From Cenococcum geophilum (lineage: Eukaryota), in contig CP158635.1 of the NCBI GenBank assembly GCA_050273025.1, forward strand, positions 20,956,001-21,020,000: a stretch of 64,000 bases of DNA, written 5' to 3'. Below are positions 42,401-54,626 of the stretch, one piece after another. A model generated the notes under the pieces. It did not search any database and was not told the DNA's origin. It saw nothing but the letters and a program-made list of their open reading frames with translations. The position numbers were made by a program, and so were the translations under genes. Numbering within the stretch: position 1 is the stretch's first letter; each line of letters opens with the position of its first letter.

Positions 42401-43249
42401 AATTTAGTAGATTTATTAATATTTAGTTACTATTGTTTTGTAAAAAAAGCAGGTATAGACTCGCAGTTACTATTCTTATTATTAGAGATTACCCTTTTTA
42501 GCCAGAGGTGGCCATATACATTCTATATATTGTTAGCCAGCTTAATATATTATATACGACGTTAATAAGATCTATTATATACCTACTCCTCTTTATACCC
42601 AGATATAACTAGACCAGAGTCGCTATTCTTATTATTAGATATTACCCTTTTTAGCCAGAGGCGGCTATATATATTCTATATATTATTAGCCAGCTTAATA
42701 TATTATATATAACGTTAATAGGGTCTATTACGTGCCTACTCCTCTCCGCGCCCAAATATAACTAGACTAGAGTTGTAATATTACTTATTCTAACTGGGTT
42801 CCACATGCTCGTTCTAGCTAGGTTTTATATACTCGTTCTCTATTAGCGCGTTCTTTCTTCTATTAGCTAGGATATAGGCAACTCTTAGTAGTAGGCTAGG
42901 TAGAAACGTTAGGTTAATTATACTAGTTATCCTCGTTTCCTTATATACGTTAACTTAAAGTAGGGTTCTTACTACTAGTTTAAGTGTTTAATAATACGTT
43001 TTTACGTTTACCTACTATAGTAACACTCCTGTATTTGCCTAGTTAGTAAAAGGTATAGCTTATAGCTAAAATAGGTTACCTTATAGCTGTTTTTGTAATA
43101 TCTAGGGCGTATATAGATTAATAACTTAAAAGAATATATACTGGTATAGTATATATTAGACTAATAGCAGTATTAGTAGGAGTATTATTACTATAGTGCT
43201 TATAAATAACTTAAATAGGGGTGTATTTATTATAACTAGCTACTAGTTC

Positions 43250-44900
43250 TAACCGGTTACGGTTAAGCTATAACCGTACCCTATTAACTCGCGTTAAGTT
43301 AGTAGTTAAGAAAATATTATTATATAGTTAAAGATTATCTAATACTATTTACTATTATACGCGAAACTATTTTATTTTATTAGCATATCCCTTAGTAGAT
43401 ACGGTATAGGTATATAAAAGGTTAAACGTTAATCCCAGCAACAAAAGTAGTAGGCTGGTAAGGCTTATATCTAAATTTAATAGAGAGGTACCTTATTAAA
43501 CCACCTTACCTACCTAGGGTGCCGGCTTTTAGATCCTATACCTTATTCCAGTCTACTTATACTAGATTTAACACCCGTCTCGCGCTTAAAGCGAAGCTTA
43601 TCCACCTTATCTATACAGCTTACTAGTGTAGATAATGCTAGGGTAGGTATAGGCAGTATATAGGATAGTAATAACACTTCTATATAGTTATATCGCTATA
43701 TTCTACACCCTTATATAATACCTAGTATTTCTACCATAAATATCTAACGTTATTCTTCCGTATTATTAACCCTACTAGCCTATAATAAGCCTAACCTATC
43801 CCCTATATATGTATCGCAATAGTAATTAAATTTAGCAGAATAGTAAGGAAATCGTAAGCATAGATATAAGGATTAGGTATTAGATACTAAGAGCGAGCTA
43901 AGGATAGTGTTAACATATATTACCCTAACAAGTTTACTAAAAAGAATAGGTATAAACCTTAGGCTTTGTTATCCAATCCCCTTAGGCGTTTTAAGAATGC
44001 TAGATAAGTTATAAGAATATCCTAGGATATATTATTCTAAAACTCCCTCGCCTAATAGCACACCGAAGGACTCTAATATTAAGCCGTCTACCTTTATATA
44101 TAGTAGTTTATTAAACCAGTAAGTATTCTAAATAAAGTAGTGGCTTTAAGGCGCATAATCTATGCTGCGGTTATAGTTGCCTTCGCCTTTTCTATTGCGG
44201 GTTAAGGCGTAGAGTAAGGGCTCTTTTTTAACTAGGAGAGGTTTTTTAGGACAGCTATAGGTTAAGTATCGCCTTAGTATTAACCTATTTACCTATTCTA
44301 CCTATTCTTATATATATAGAGTGCGAGTTATCTAGTAAAGGCAAGGGTGCGGAAATAGAGGGTAAGTAATTATATCGTTCTTAGCTGGTAGCGCAGACTG
44401 TAAATACGAGTTAGTAATACTAAATTAACTTTAAGCAGTAACCTACTTATTCTTCTTTATTCTATTATAAATAAAAATCTATCCATTTTTTTATAGAAAT
44501 ATATCCTTAACCGCACTACGTTATTTCTCTTTATTTATAAGCTGAATTTGTCCTCTAGCTATCTTATTACTAATATAGTAGTAAAGCGTTTCGATTTTAG
44601 GATTAAAGTTAATATTCTAGCCTAGTATGTCTATAAATGTATTAAAGCTTAGATTATTAACGTATATATCTAGGGCGTTATTCTTACTAATTACTAGCTT
44701 TTAGGTTAAGATAATTATTAGCTCTTTATTAGCTGCCCATCGGATTAGTATTATTATTATCCTATATAACCTTAGTATTCCCTCTTACCTTATTGCCTTT
44801 AGTATACTAGCTGGTAGATAATATACAATAGCGGAGTGTAGGAGTACTAGGTTACCTATTATAATTTACCTAATAAAAGCTGTTTTGTTTATTTAACGCG
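43250..44900 (-). pseudogene. One or two RIP-degraded hypothetical genes
   Basis: Long single frame broken mainly by TAA/TAG attributable to RIP (DIYVNNLSFNTFIDILG..; NTYWFNKLLYIKVDGL..; VRWFNKVPLY..PAYYFCCWD); no recognised TE motif. Confidence 0.45.
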
Positions 44901-45369
44901 TTGCGTTATAGCTACAGCGCTAGGCAAGTTATTTAATATATTTAGTATATAGGTTTTTAGGTAAACCTAGAAATATAGATAGGAATTCGTTAAAGATTTC
45001 GTTTAATATTTACTATATTTATGCCTTACTTATAAGGGAGCGTAGTAGCTATCTAAGGAGCCCACGCGTCGACATTTTAATTTTAACATCATAGTAGATC
45101 GTATTGTATTGTTTATTCATAACCCTAAGATCTCGCTTAAGAGTGTCTTTAGTGTTATAGCTTAGGTCTATTATTAGTGCTATAATTCTAAAAGCGTTAG
45201 GGGAGGTGTAATAGGAAAAACGTCTTAATTATACGCTAAGACCGATGTACAGGATTGTGTAGATAGGTAACTATATTATTTGGTTATATATAAAACAATC
45301 GGTTAAATATCTTATAAGAAATAAATAAGTATATTAGCGAACGCTTCTCTACCCACTACACTACTTAGA

Positions 45370-46710
45370 CTTATAAGCCTCCTCCTATCTATTTTATATC
45401 TCCTCCGTCTTAACAAGCTTAATTTAACATCTAGATTTGTTAATACTTTATATATATATAAATTTAATCTCCATTATATTATACTACGTATAATACTGCA
45501 TATATAGCCTCTAAGCTATGGCGCTATAGTTCTATATATATAAATCCCTTCTAGGCAGCTTAATATATACTAGTAACTATATTTGTTAATACTTTAAGAC
45601 GCCTAGTTAGCCCTTAACTGGTAGAGCCTAGTTAGCACAATTAGAGGTCCTAACCTCCGCTAAAATACTTAATATCCCTAATAAGGGCCAGAATATTATT
45701 AGCAAAAATAGAGATATTCTACTATAAGTTAATAAGATCTTAGGTCCGTTTAGCTTAACGGAGAAGTATCTAAGCTTTTAGTACAATCTTCTAAGAGAAG
45801 ACACGATTAAACCGTTAAGAGAGGTAGTGGTTTAAATTAAAGTAAACCCTTTTAGTTTGCTAGAATCTGGATATAGTAATAGAATCGGTATATATAAATA
45901 GGTAAGCATGCTACAATTCTAAAGTAGTTATCCCCTAACATCTGCAAGGCCTATATTAGTTTAGTAATATTTTTACCTTAAGGGCTAGTAATCCGCGTGG
46001 CGTTCTTACTTAGGAGAGTAGGGAAGATAATCCGTTAGGATTAGTTAAAAAGACTAGTTACCAAGTCTCTAGTTGCTTTAACTCCTAAGACTAACATTTT
46101 TCAAATAAAATATATACTCGCAATAGCGGCGGTAAGACTATTAGCCGTATTAGAACAGAATCCTCTAAAGGTTAACTTATTCTTTAAGACCTAAAGAGAT
46201 TAAGATTAACTTATCCGTATTATAGATAATAGTTAAGGAACAAACTAGATTTTACGAAGTTAGTCGCTATACTATATTAGCATTATAAAAGCTAATAAGA
46301 AAGCTGTAAGTGTGCAATATTTTCTAAATAAGAAGATATTTAACCATTAATAGATTCCCGTTATTAGAACACCTTATTTAAGTTTAATAAAATATTAAAG
46401 CACTATAATACGTTATAAATAAGCCTTATACGGATCTTAGCTTAATTATAGCTATTAAGGATGCTTCCTTATTTAAGAATATTTATATTCTTAAAGACTA
46501 GCCAGATATAACTACTATAGGGCTTAAAGCTACTGCGCTAAAACGAGTTCTTATAAAGCGTCTTATAATAATCTAAGGACCTTTAGGCACTAAAAAAACG
46601 TAGCTTTAAAGGCGTTACTCAGCAATATAACAATAGGAGATTCCCCCATTATTATTATATATTATATAAACTATACGCTAGACCAGTTATCTAGGTATAT
46701 TGCTTAAAGT
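45370..46710 (+). pseudogene. 5' half of Hrr1/SAD-3 (ZNFX1-like SF1) RNA-silencing helicase gene, RIP-degraded, introns retained
   Basis: A*LAQLEVLTSAKIL..VNKILGP..YNLLREDTIKPLRE..[intron ~45902-45948]..IRVAFLLRRVGKIIR*D*LKRL..LVALTP..AVRLL..LEQNPLKVNLFF..FYEVSRYTILAL..[intron ~46306-46353]..LKRVLIKRLIII*GPLGTKKT (Walker A relic)..PIIII..NYTLDQL. Confidence 0.82.
45451..45580 (-). mobile_element. 130-bp LINE 3' tail insertion
   Basis: 16-bp TSD atttgttaatacttta (45435-45450, 45581-45596); reverse complement matches ~14495-14600. Confidence 0.88.
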
Positions 46711-46829
46711 AACCGTTTTAATACTATCGCTTATACGGATAGACGATATTACACTATATTGGGCGCTAGGGCCGTAGGGGTAAAAAGAAGAGGAAGCGTT
46801 AGGGCTCCCTCTTTTTATATCTTATATTT

Positions 46830-47010
46830 TATATTATCCTGCCATTGTCCTACTATTATATTATATTGTCCCATATTATTCTACCATTATCCTACTATTA
46901 TATTATAGTATCCTGCCATTATCCTATTATTATGCTATATTGTCCTATTATTATCCTACTATTATATTATATTGTCCTATTATTGTCCTGCCATTATATT
47001 ATATTATCCA
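46830..47010. repeat. Minisatellite (attatcctgcc/attgtcctat units)
   Basis: Visible degenerate tandem repeats. Confidence 0.85.
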
Positions 47011-47605
47011 ATCCCCATACCTAAAAGAACTGGAGCTCTTGCTGTACCTGGCCCAAAAAGACTAAAACCAACTAAAAGAACCCTGCAAAATACCTAGAGA
47101 AACCCCCTAAAATGCATGCATCGCAGGGGAGGTATACGTTAAACGACGGTGGTTCGCACTCGCGCGTGACCGCCAGAACTACGCCTAGCAATGGCCCTCC
47201 ACAATAAAGACGGGCGAATACCATACTATAAAGCGGAAATACCCTTATTAAGAAGGCATCGGATAAAATATAAAGCCTATTAGACGCGTCTAGTACCTAA
47301 AACTATAGGGGAGTAACCGTCGGCTATAACAATTTAACGCAGCTAGTAGAATAGCTCCGCCAGTCTAGCGAACCTTAGGCGCCCCTTTAGTAAACCCTTA
47401 ACTAAATCCCCTAATAGCTAAGTAAAATTAAAAATAAATAAAAACCCCCCTTACCGGTAAACCGCACCTGGGCCGCTATAGCTACGCTACTATAATATAG
47501 GGATCTTACCCCCCTTAAGACAATAACTGGGTATATAATTATAATATAACTAAATATAGAAAAAGCAGAGGGGCTTAGGGGATAATTAAAAATAAAAGTC
47601 CTTAT

Positions 47606-47724
47606 CCCATGCGCCGTCGATATAGGCGCTATGGTAAGCGAACCAACCAAATCGTCTAGATTTTTGATGTTCTGGTGTTTGCGCACGGGCCACAAATCAT
47701 GGTAGCGCCTCGACGGCGCATGGG
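47606..47724. mobile_element. 119-bp MITE with piggyBac-like CCC...GGG ends
   Basis: Perfect 15-bp TIR cccatgcgccgtcga / tcgacggcgcatggg; AT on both flanks; not RIP-mutated. Confidence 0.88.
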
Positions 47725-50700
47725 ATAGAGATCTGTAAAGAGGTTTACGACGCTATTATAATCCAATACCTTAGAAGCGGAGATATTAGAATTACCCTAA
47801 AGGACTAATAGGCAAAGGAATAAGCTATAAGGGTAGGGGATAGGCTAGGAGAATATATTGGCTTAAAAGTACTCCGTAAAGACTACCTAGTTAAAGTCCT
47901 AGCGGTTCCTATAAGCCTTAGGGTAGAAAAGGAACGCTAGGCGGATAATATAGCAATTATATAGGAGATAGTAAGATAAACGAAACGCCTTATACTAGGA
48001 CTTAAGATCACCTAAATCTAATAGCTTTAATAGAAAAATGTAAACTAAGCAAATAATAAAAATAATAAGAGGATATAAGGGTTACTAAAGACTTACCAGG
48101 GAGACGCTGGACGAACGTATAGCTCCCTTATTATTAGTATATATACACTAGGAATATAAAAACTCCTTATTTAAAAAGGAATAATTATAAACGGCCTTAT
48201 ATATAATATAAGGCTCTATAACTATAGACTACGCCTAAAACAATGCTATCGCTATATATAATAGGGATATACCTAATCCACATATATAGTATAGGTGTGC
48301 TATAGCCACTATATAGGTCCCTATAATATAAGATACTGCTTAAATTAAGACTAAATAAAATGTGTAAACTGCTACTAAAGTATATATAAGGCATAGGAGA
48401 GAGAAGACTGTATTAAATACAGGAGATAAAAGGTAAGGGCTTAACAGCTACGGGAATAACTACACGCTAGGTTATATAAATAGAAATAACGGGCGATAAG
48501 CTAGGGGGGCGTAAGTACCTTCCTAGTATTTCCTACCTTTAATACTAGGGGGCTAGGCTAGCCATCTTAAGCCTTAATGGGCTAGAAGTAACGCTGTGCG
48601 ATATTACTAGACTATATAGGAATATAAGGGTTATAGGGGATATAAGGGAGAGGACGCCCTATAGGAAGACCCTTATAGACAGCTATAGCAAGCTTAAGAC
48701 CAGGATAATTAAGAATTAGACTTAACGCGGCAAATATAATATTTATAGCCAACTCTTAAAGGGTATATAGCTAACTAGTAAGAATAGGGGAGGAACTGGA
48801 GATAATAATAGATTTAGATATAGAAGCGCTAGTAGGAATATAAGATATAGGAATAAAAAGCTTTATATAAAATAAGTAGTAACTAGGGTTTAGATATAAG
48901 AGATAGAAGTTCTAAATATCCTGGAGAAAGTAGAAATAGAAGAAGTAAGGAATAATAAAAAGGTAAAAGACCCTTGCTAGGGGTCCATCACCTATCTATT
49001 ATATAGTATAACTATAGCAATACAAACCACCGTCTTGTAAGGCCCTTACTAGACAGTTTAGACCTAGAGAAATACTATATCCTTACTATATAAGAGCCGT
49101 ACTATAATACCTACATATAATCGATATACTGCCCCTAAGGATTTTAGCTCCTATATAAACCAAAAGTAGTTACATGCGTATACTTTATAATTAGTAAGGC
49201 TATTAGCCTATCCTTATAGTTATAGCAGGCAGTTAATCTAGATATTATAGTTATAACAATCCAGATATATAGGGGTCCGGTATAAATTATTAATGTATAT
49301 AACCCTAGGGTTAAAAGTATCCCACAAATGGAGAATATTATATTAGTAATAAGCTTACTTAAAACCAAAGGCATAGAGTCTATTCTATTAGGAGATATAA
49401 ACCTCTACCACCCGCGGTAGGGGGGTATCTATATCATTACTAAACGGTAGGTAGAGTGCCTACTAAAAGCTATAAACACCTAGGGCCTTAAGCTGGCTAC
49501 CCCTCCTAGAGTAATTATATGGTAATAAGGATCCGCCAGAAGTATAATTAACCTTAGATTTATAGACGAAGGCCTATACTAGAGACTTAAAAGGTATAAC
49601 CCTAAAGAAGAATAGGCACTTATTTTAGACTATATCCCTATCTAAATACAGCTAGATTTAGACATTAAGGCGTAACTAAATAGTAAAAGATATATAATAA
49701 GGATGCTTAAGGCAAACAGTTTCCTTAATATAGTTAAATAATAACTCTAAGACCTAGAAGAAATCCACCTAATACCAAACAAGTAAGGCTTATTAGCTAC
49801 CCCTAAGGAAATTAACCGAAGACTAGAAAGAATCTAGGCAGCAATTAAAAATAGGCTAAAAGAGTACAGCCCGGTCTTAAGACCGGGCCCCTATACGTAA
49901 TATATATAGTCCACATAATGCGCGGTTTTTATAGCTAGCTAATAATAAGTAAAAAGGAAATATATAAGCAGCCATAACCTTAAAGATAAGAGACGATATA
50001 AAGACATAAGAAACTAGTTAAAGAATATCCTAAAAAAAAAAGTAAGGAATAACTAGAGACAGTTTATTAAATATTACGTGTCTATACATTGCTTGGCCGA
50101 AAACCCTACAACTTAGGTATTTAACTAGATGTTTAACACGGTTAATAGCATTATCGCTTGCAACTGCACTTAATAGGTTGTTCTTTTTATCATAGATTAC
50201 TTGCGATTAGTGTTCTGAGTGGCCTATATAATTTATTAAGGCCTATAACCGACTTTTCAGCCAATAGTACCCGCTCGAAAACTCCTCGCTTAACTGCCCT
50301 ATTATCTACCTCCTTATCTACTATCCTATTTACCAAACATACTATAGTTTTATCTTTAGAAGAAGAAAGAGCTAGGAAATAAAATAAGAGGGCCTAATAA
50401 CTCTATAACCTAGAGATCTAAAAGAAAGAGTAGGAGGAATAGGCATAGATCCAAAAGACGGAATAAGAGGAATAGGCACGGATCCGAAAGACGGAATAGG
50501 AAGATGAGTTTTACTAGGCAAGGCTAGCCGCTCTAAAGCAGCCTACTCCACTAGAGCACCCCTCTACCGCTAAGGCGGACGAACTAGGTAAGTCCTATAA
50601 CCTACCGGAAGGCTTGGGCACGCTTAAGCTTAACCTCCCTAGCCTAGCTAGAAGAGACCTCTACGATATATAGAAAGGATCCTTCCGCTTAGAGAATCTA

Positions 50701-52775
50701 GCACGTCTATAGGTATACTTTAGCCGCCTAGACCTCTCTAATATAGCTATTATTAAAAACGGAAAACTTGTTTTAAAGAGACCTACTACTAGCCGCAAGG
50801 TCTACAAGAATAAGGAGGTCTGGTTTACTAGGTTTATAAACTATATAGTAATTATAAGCACTCTCTATATATGCCTAACCAACCTCTATATAAGGATATT
50901 GCTCTAGATAAATAAGATCCGTAACTACTCTATAACCTATAACTAGACCTCTATTCTGGACCTCGCACTTAACTATTATAGGTACATTATAGATCGCAAT
51001 TAGCTTAAGCCTAGTAACTGGGACATGCCTACCCAGTTTAAGGCCCTATACTGCCGGGCGGCTAATATAAAGGCATAGAGCCAGGGGCTTAAAGTCCGTA
51101 GTATAGCATTAAAGAGATCGCGAAAGAATACCTCCCCTCCCCCTACCTCTAATAAGCCCTATTACAGCTAGAACAACTAGTAGGCTTATAGAGATAATAT
51201 ATATCGTTACCGCTATATATACTCTAAATGCGATAAAGACCACCCATTAAAGTTATGCCCTAGGTAGCTTACCGCCGTAAGTAGTTAGACCTAGGATTTA
51301 ATGGTGGATAAAGATATATTCCTAGGTTTAACTATCTAAATAGACCTACTACAGGCGCTAAGGCTTTAAGGCAGGCCTAATTTAGTACCTCTTTTTAAAA
51401 CTTACTTATAAACGACTTTTCTGGCCGACTTACTATTACCCCTAAGGCCTCTTACTTAGAGTACGCTTCTTTATAAGTACCCTAGAAATCTCCTAGCAAT
51501 TTTATAAGGCATCCTTACCTATGGGGCAGAGATAGGTACCTCATCACCTATTCTATCTAGTGTCTGCAAAAACTACCTCTCCTTATACAATAACGAAGAC
51601 CTTATCTTTAAAAAAAATCGTTACCAACCTGGCCCTAGGCCGTATACAGGCCACCAACTCTATAGTTACCTTATCCCTAGGCCTAGTGCCTAAGGCAGAT
51701 AGCGGCTTCCGCCGTATTTACAACCTTTCCTTACCTAAGGGATCCTTAGTTAATGACTCTATTGACCTAGCCTGGGCAACACTACACTATACCCAGGTAG
51801 AGACTATACTAGTATACGTAATTACAGCTAGTAGGGGCTGCTACCTGGTTAAACGAGATATTAAAGATGCCTTCCGGATTATGCCCATCTTAGTGCGGTC
51901 GCGTTACTTACTCAGCTTTATCTGGAAGGGAGTCACATACGTTAAATACTATCTGCTATTTAGCTTACAAACAGCCCTATTTCTCTTTAACTTATTCGCT
52001 AAAGGTCTTTACTAGATCCTAGCACAATAGATTAACTTTACTATTAAGCACTACCTTAATGATTTTATATTTGTGGTTAAGTATCCAACTATACTGCTAT
52101 TACTAAGGGAGGTATACCTCTCGGTTACTAACTAGCTAGGGGTACCCCGAAATAATATTAAAAATATTAAAGGTATAGAGGCTAAAGTACTGGGTTATAC
52201 GATTAATACCGCGGCAATAGAGATAAAACTCTTACTAGTTAAGCAATAGAAAGCTATTAATTAGGTGACCAAAGCTCTTTAGATAGGCTGGCTATTATTA
52301 CAGCAAGCCTAATAACTGGCGGGCCGCCTAGTATAGTGTACAAAAGTTATCCGCCTTAGGCGCTCGTACTCTCGCTCCTTATAGGACTTTATAATAAAAT
52401 GGCCTATTAGGCTATTAAGATATACGCACCAGCGCCTCCTCCTAGAGCTTAAGGAAGACCTTAACCTCTAGCTTAAGGTTCTTATATTAAGTAATGGTGT
52501 ACTATTCTTTAATAATAAGGAGAGGCTATAGTTTTACTTATTTACTAACGCCTTATCACTTAAAGGCTATAGAGGCTTCTACTTTAGCGGAGAGAATGGC
52601 TATTAGCCTAATTACGTGGCTTCCCTGCCCCAGGCCCAGGCTTTTAGCTATTACCCCCTGCTAGACTAGGCGGATAACTATATTAACCTAAAAGAAATAT
52701 ATGCTATCGTAAAGGTATTTAAAAGGTGGTTATCGGTATAGCGGTATGGGTCTCTCTATATTTATATAGATAATA

Positions 52776-54626
52776 ATAATAATTCATTGCTTAACGTCCG
52801 ATTCGGATCCCTATTGGGCCCACGCGGACTACTCCTTATATACATGTGGGGAGAAAACTCTATTTGAGAAAACCCCGTGATCCATCTCCCCGCCTTATGG
52901 GACTCGCCTGCGAGGCGCCTGCGAGGCGCCTGCGAGTCACCTGTGGTGCTCCTGCTACCTTACTTTTTGACCTCCTTGGGAACCACTGCTGCCGTAACAA
53001 GCCTACGGACGCGCTAGTATCGTAAACTTTGCTCTACTGCTATAGAGTCATCAGGGGGCACCCGTTGCTCGCCCCCCTGCCTTTTATTGCCATTTCCTTT
53101 GCAACCCGGCAGGTAGTTATATATTAGCTATAATACAGTAGAGTTCAACATACCTGCTTATCCAGGCCTCTACCCCAGTTTTCCAGTGGCTTATTCCTAC
53201 CCTTAGGCGTTACCACCTTCTACGGTTAAGGCCGGGCCAAAACCTCTCCCGCCTGAGTAACTCCTGTTTGCTCCTTAAGCATATCTCACCAGCATACTGC
53301 CCTAGAGGCGAACGGTCCCGTCTGTTAATATACCGACACGCGCATCCGTTCTCTTAAGCCACGTAGCAGTCTCTTTAGCCAGGATGTAATCCTGCCTGCC
53401 TACTAGGTGCACTAAGGGTTAGAGCCTAGCTAAGGGGTAAGGTCCTTAGAGCCAGCAGTAGCTGCTACGTACTACGCCCCGCAGGAGACTAGTAGTAGTA
53501 TAGGGGCGTAACACCCTATACTACTGCTAGTTCCCGTTTTGTGTTGCCTGTAGGAGTCTCCTTATAATAGGCCGACCGTGTCTTGTAGGAGGGGGCCGTA
53601 GAGACGCTAGGTCCCGTGCCAGGCAACCTACTTCCCCCTCTCCTACTAACCAAGCTTGTGTCCCCCCTTCCTATAAGCTGGCCTATGTCTCTAACTATCG
53701 AGTCCTCATCCAACTGGCCTGTGTTTCCCCTACAGCCTCCCCTATATATATGCATTAGGTTACGTGCACCACGCCTATTAAGACCCTCCTGTGAGTCGCC
53801 TTATACATATGCATCAGGTTGCGTGCACCACGCCTATTAAGACCCTCCTATAAGTCACCTTTTAACGCCATAGGGCCGTCGAAGCTGGCCTGTGTTTCTG
53901 CTGCCTAGAGCTTTACCCGTGTTTCCACCTCGTTAAGCCGTCTAGTCGCCGTCGCGTCGCCGTCGCGTTGCTGTCGCGTCGCTGTCGCTGTCAACCAGGT
54001 CACGCGCACTACGCCTATTAAGACCCTCTTCTAAGTCACCTAGGTGTACCGGATACTAGATAGGCCCTTAGAGGGGCCTTAACGAGTTCTCTAGGTAGGG
54101 CCTTAATAAGTTCTTCGCGGTGGCCTTAGGGCCTTAACAAGTTTCGTATAAAGTATCTACGACGCGTTAACCTTAACAAGTTCTTATAAGAAGAGGTTCC
54201 CTATACCCTCGCCGTATCCTCTCGGTCTTAGAGCTAGTGCAAGCCCAAGGGTGTCCTGTCGTACGCCTAGGACGCGTCCGCATCCGCTGGCTTAATAAGG
54301 CCAGTTTCGGCCCTAGCTACGAGCTAGGTAGTCGTACGTCGGGTGGTTTTCGTATCCCAGTTTCCCTTAATTGATTGCCTCCCTAGATAGTAGAGCGGGA
54401 GCCTCAAGCGGAGGCAGTGAGGCTCCTGGTGGTGTTGGGGGCGATGCTTTGTACGATGCTTCGTACGCGTCGCGAGCTCAACACCACAGAACCGCGACGA
54501 CAGCGCGCTGCACGCGCTGCGACGGCTCTCTACCATCGCCTCTGCACTTGGCCATCGTAAGGAAGGTTTTCCTGATGATGTTTCCACCCGCGGCGACGTG
54601 GACGCGTGCAGTAGGGCTTCGCGGGC
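52776..54626 (-). mobile_element. 1.85-kb GC-rich non-LTR (TPRT-type) insertion in the Ngaro RNase H
   Basis: 14-bp TSD ttatatagataata (52762-52775, 54627-54640); (TTA)n-like tail; 3' ~290 bp homologous to ~59255-59538. Confidence 0.8.

Noticed and set aside
39724..45090. Possible TIR pair tattggcaaaatat / atttt..aaca
   Set aside because: Match too weak, no TSD, and the Gypsy host does not resume at 45090.
53015..53080. Hammerhead-like CTGATGA plus ctcta/tagag stem on the minus strand
   Set aside because: No GAAA after stem II and no NUH cleavage triplet pairing into stems I/III; kept only as a generic structured module.
53760..54040. CRISPR-like spaced repeats
   Set aside because: Only three copies, the first two are a plain 60-bp tandem duplication, eukaryotic context, no cas genes.
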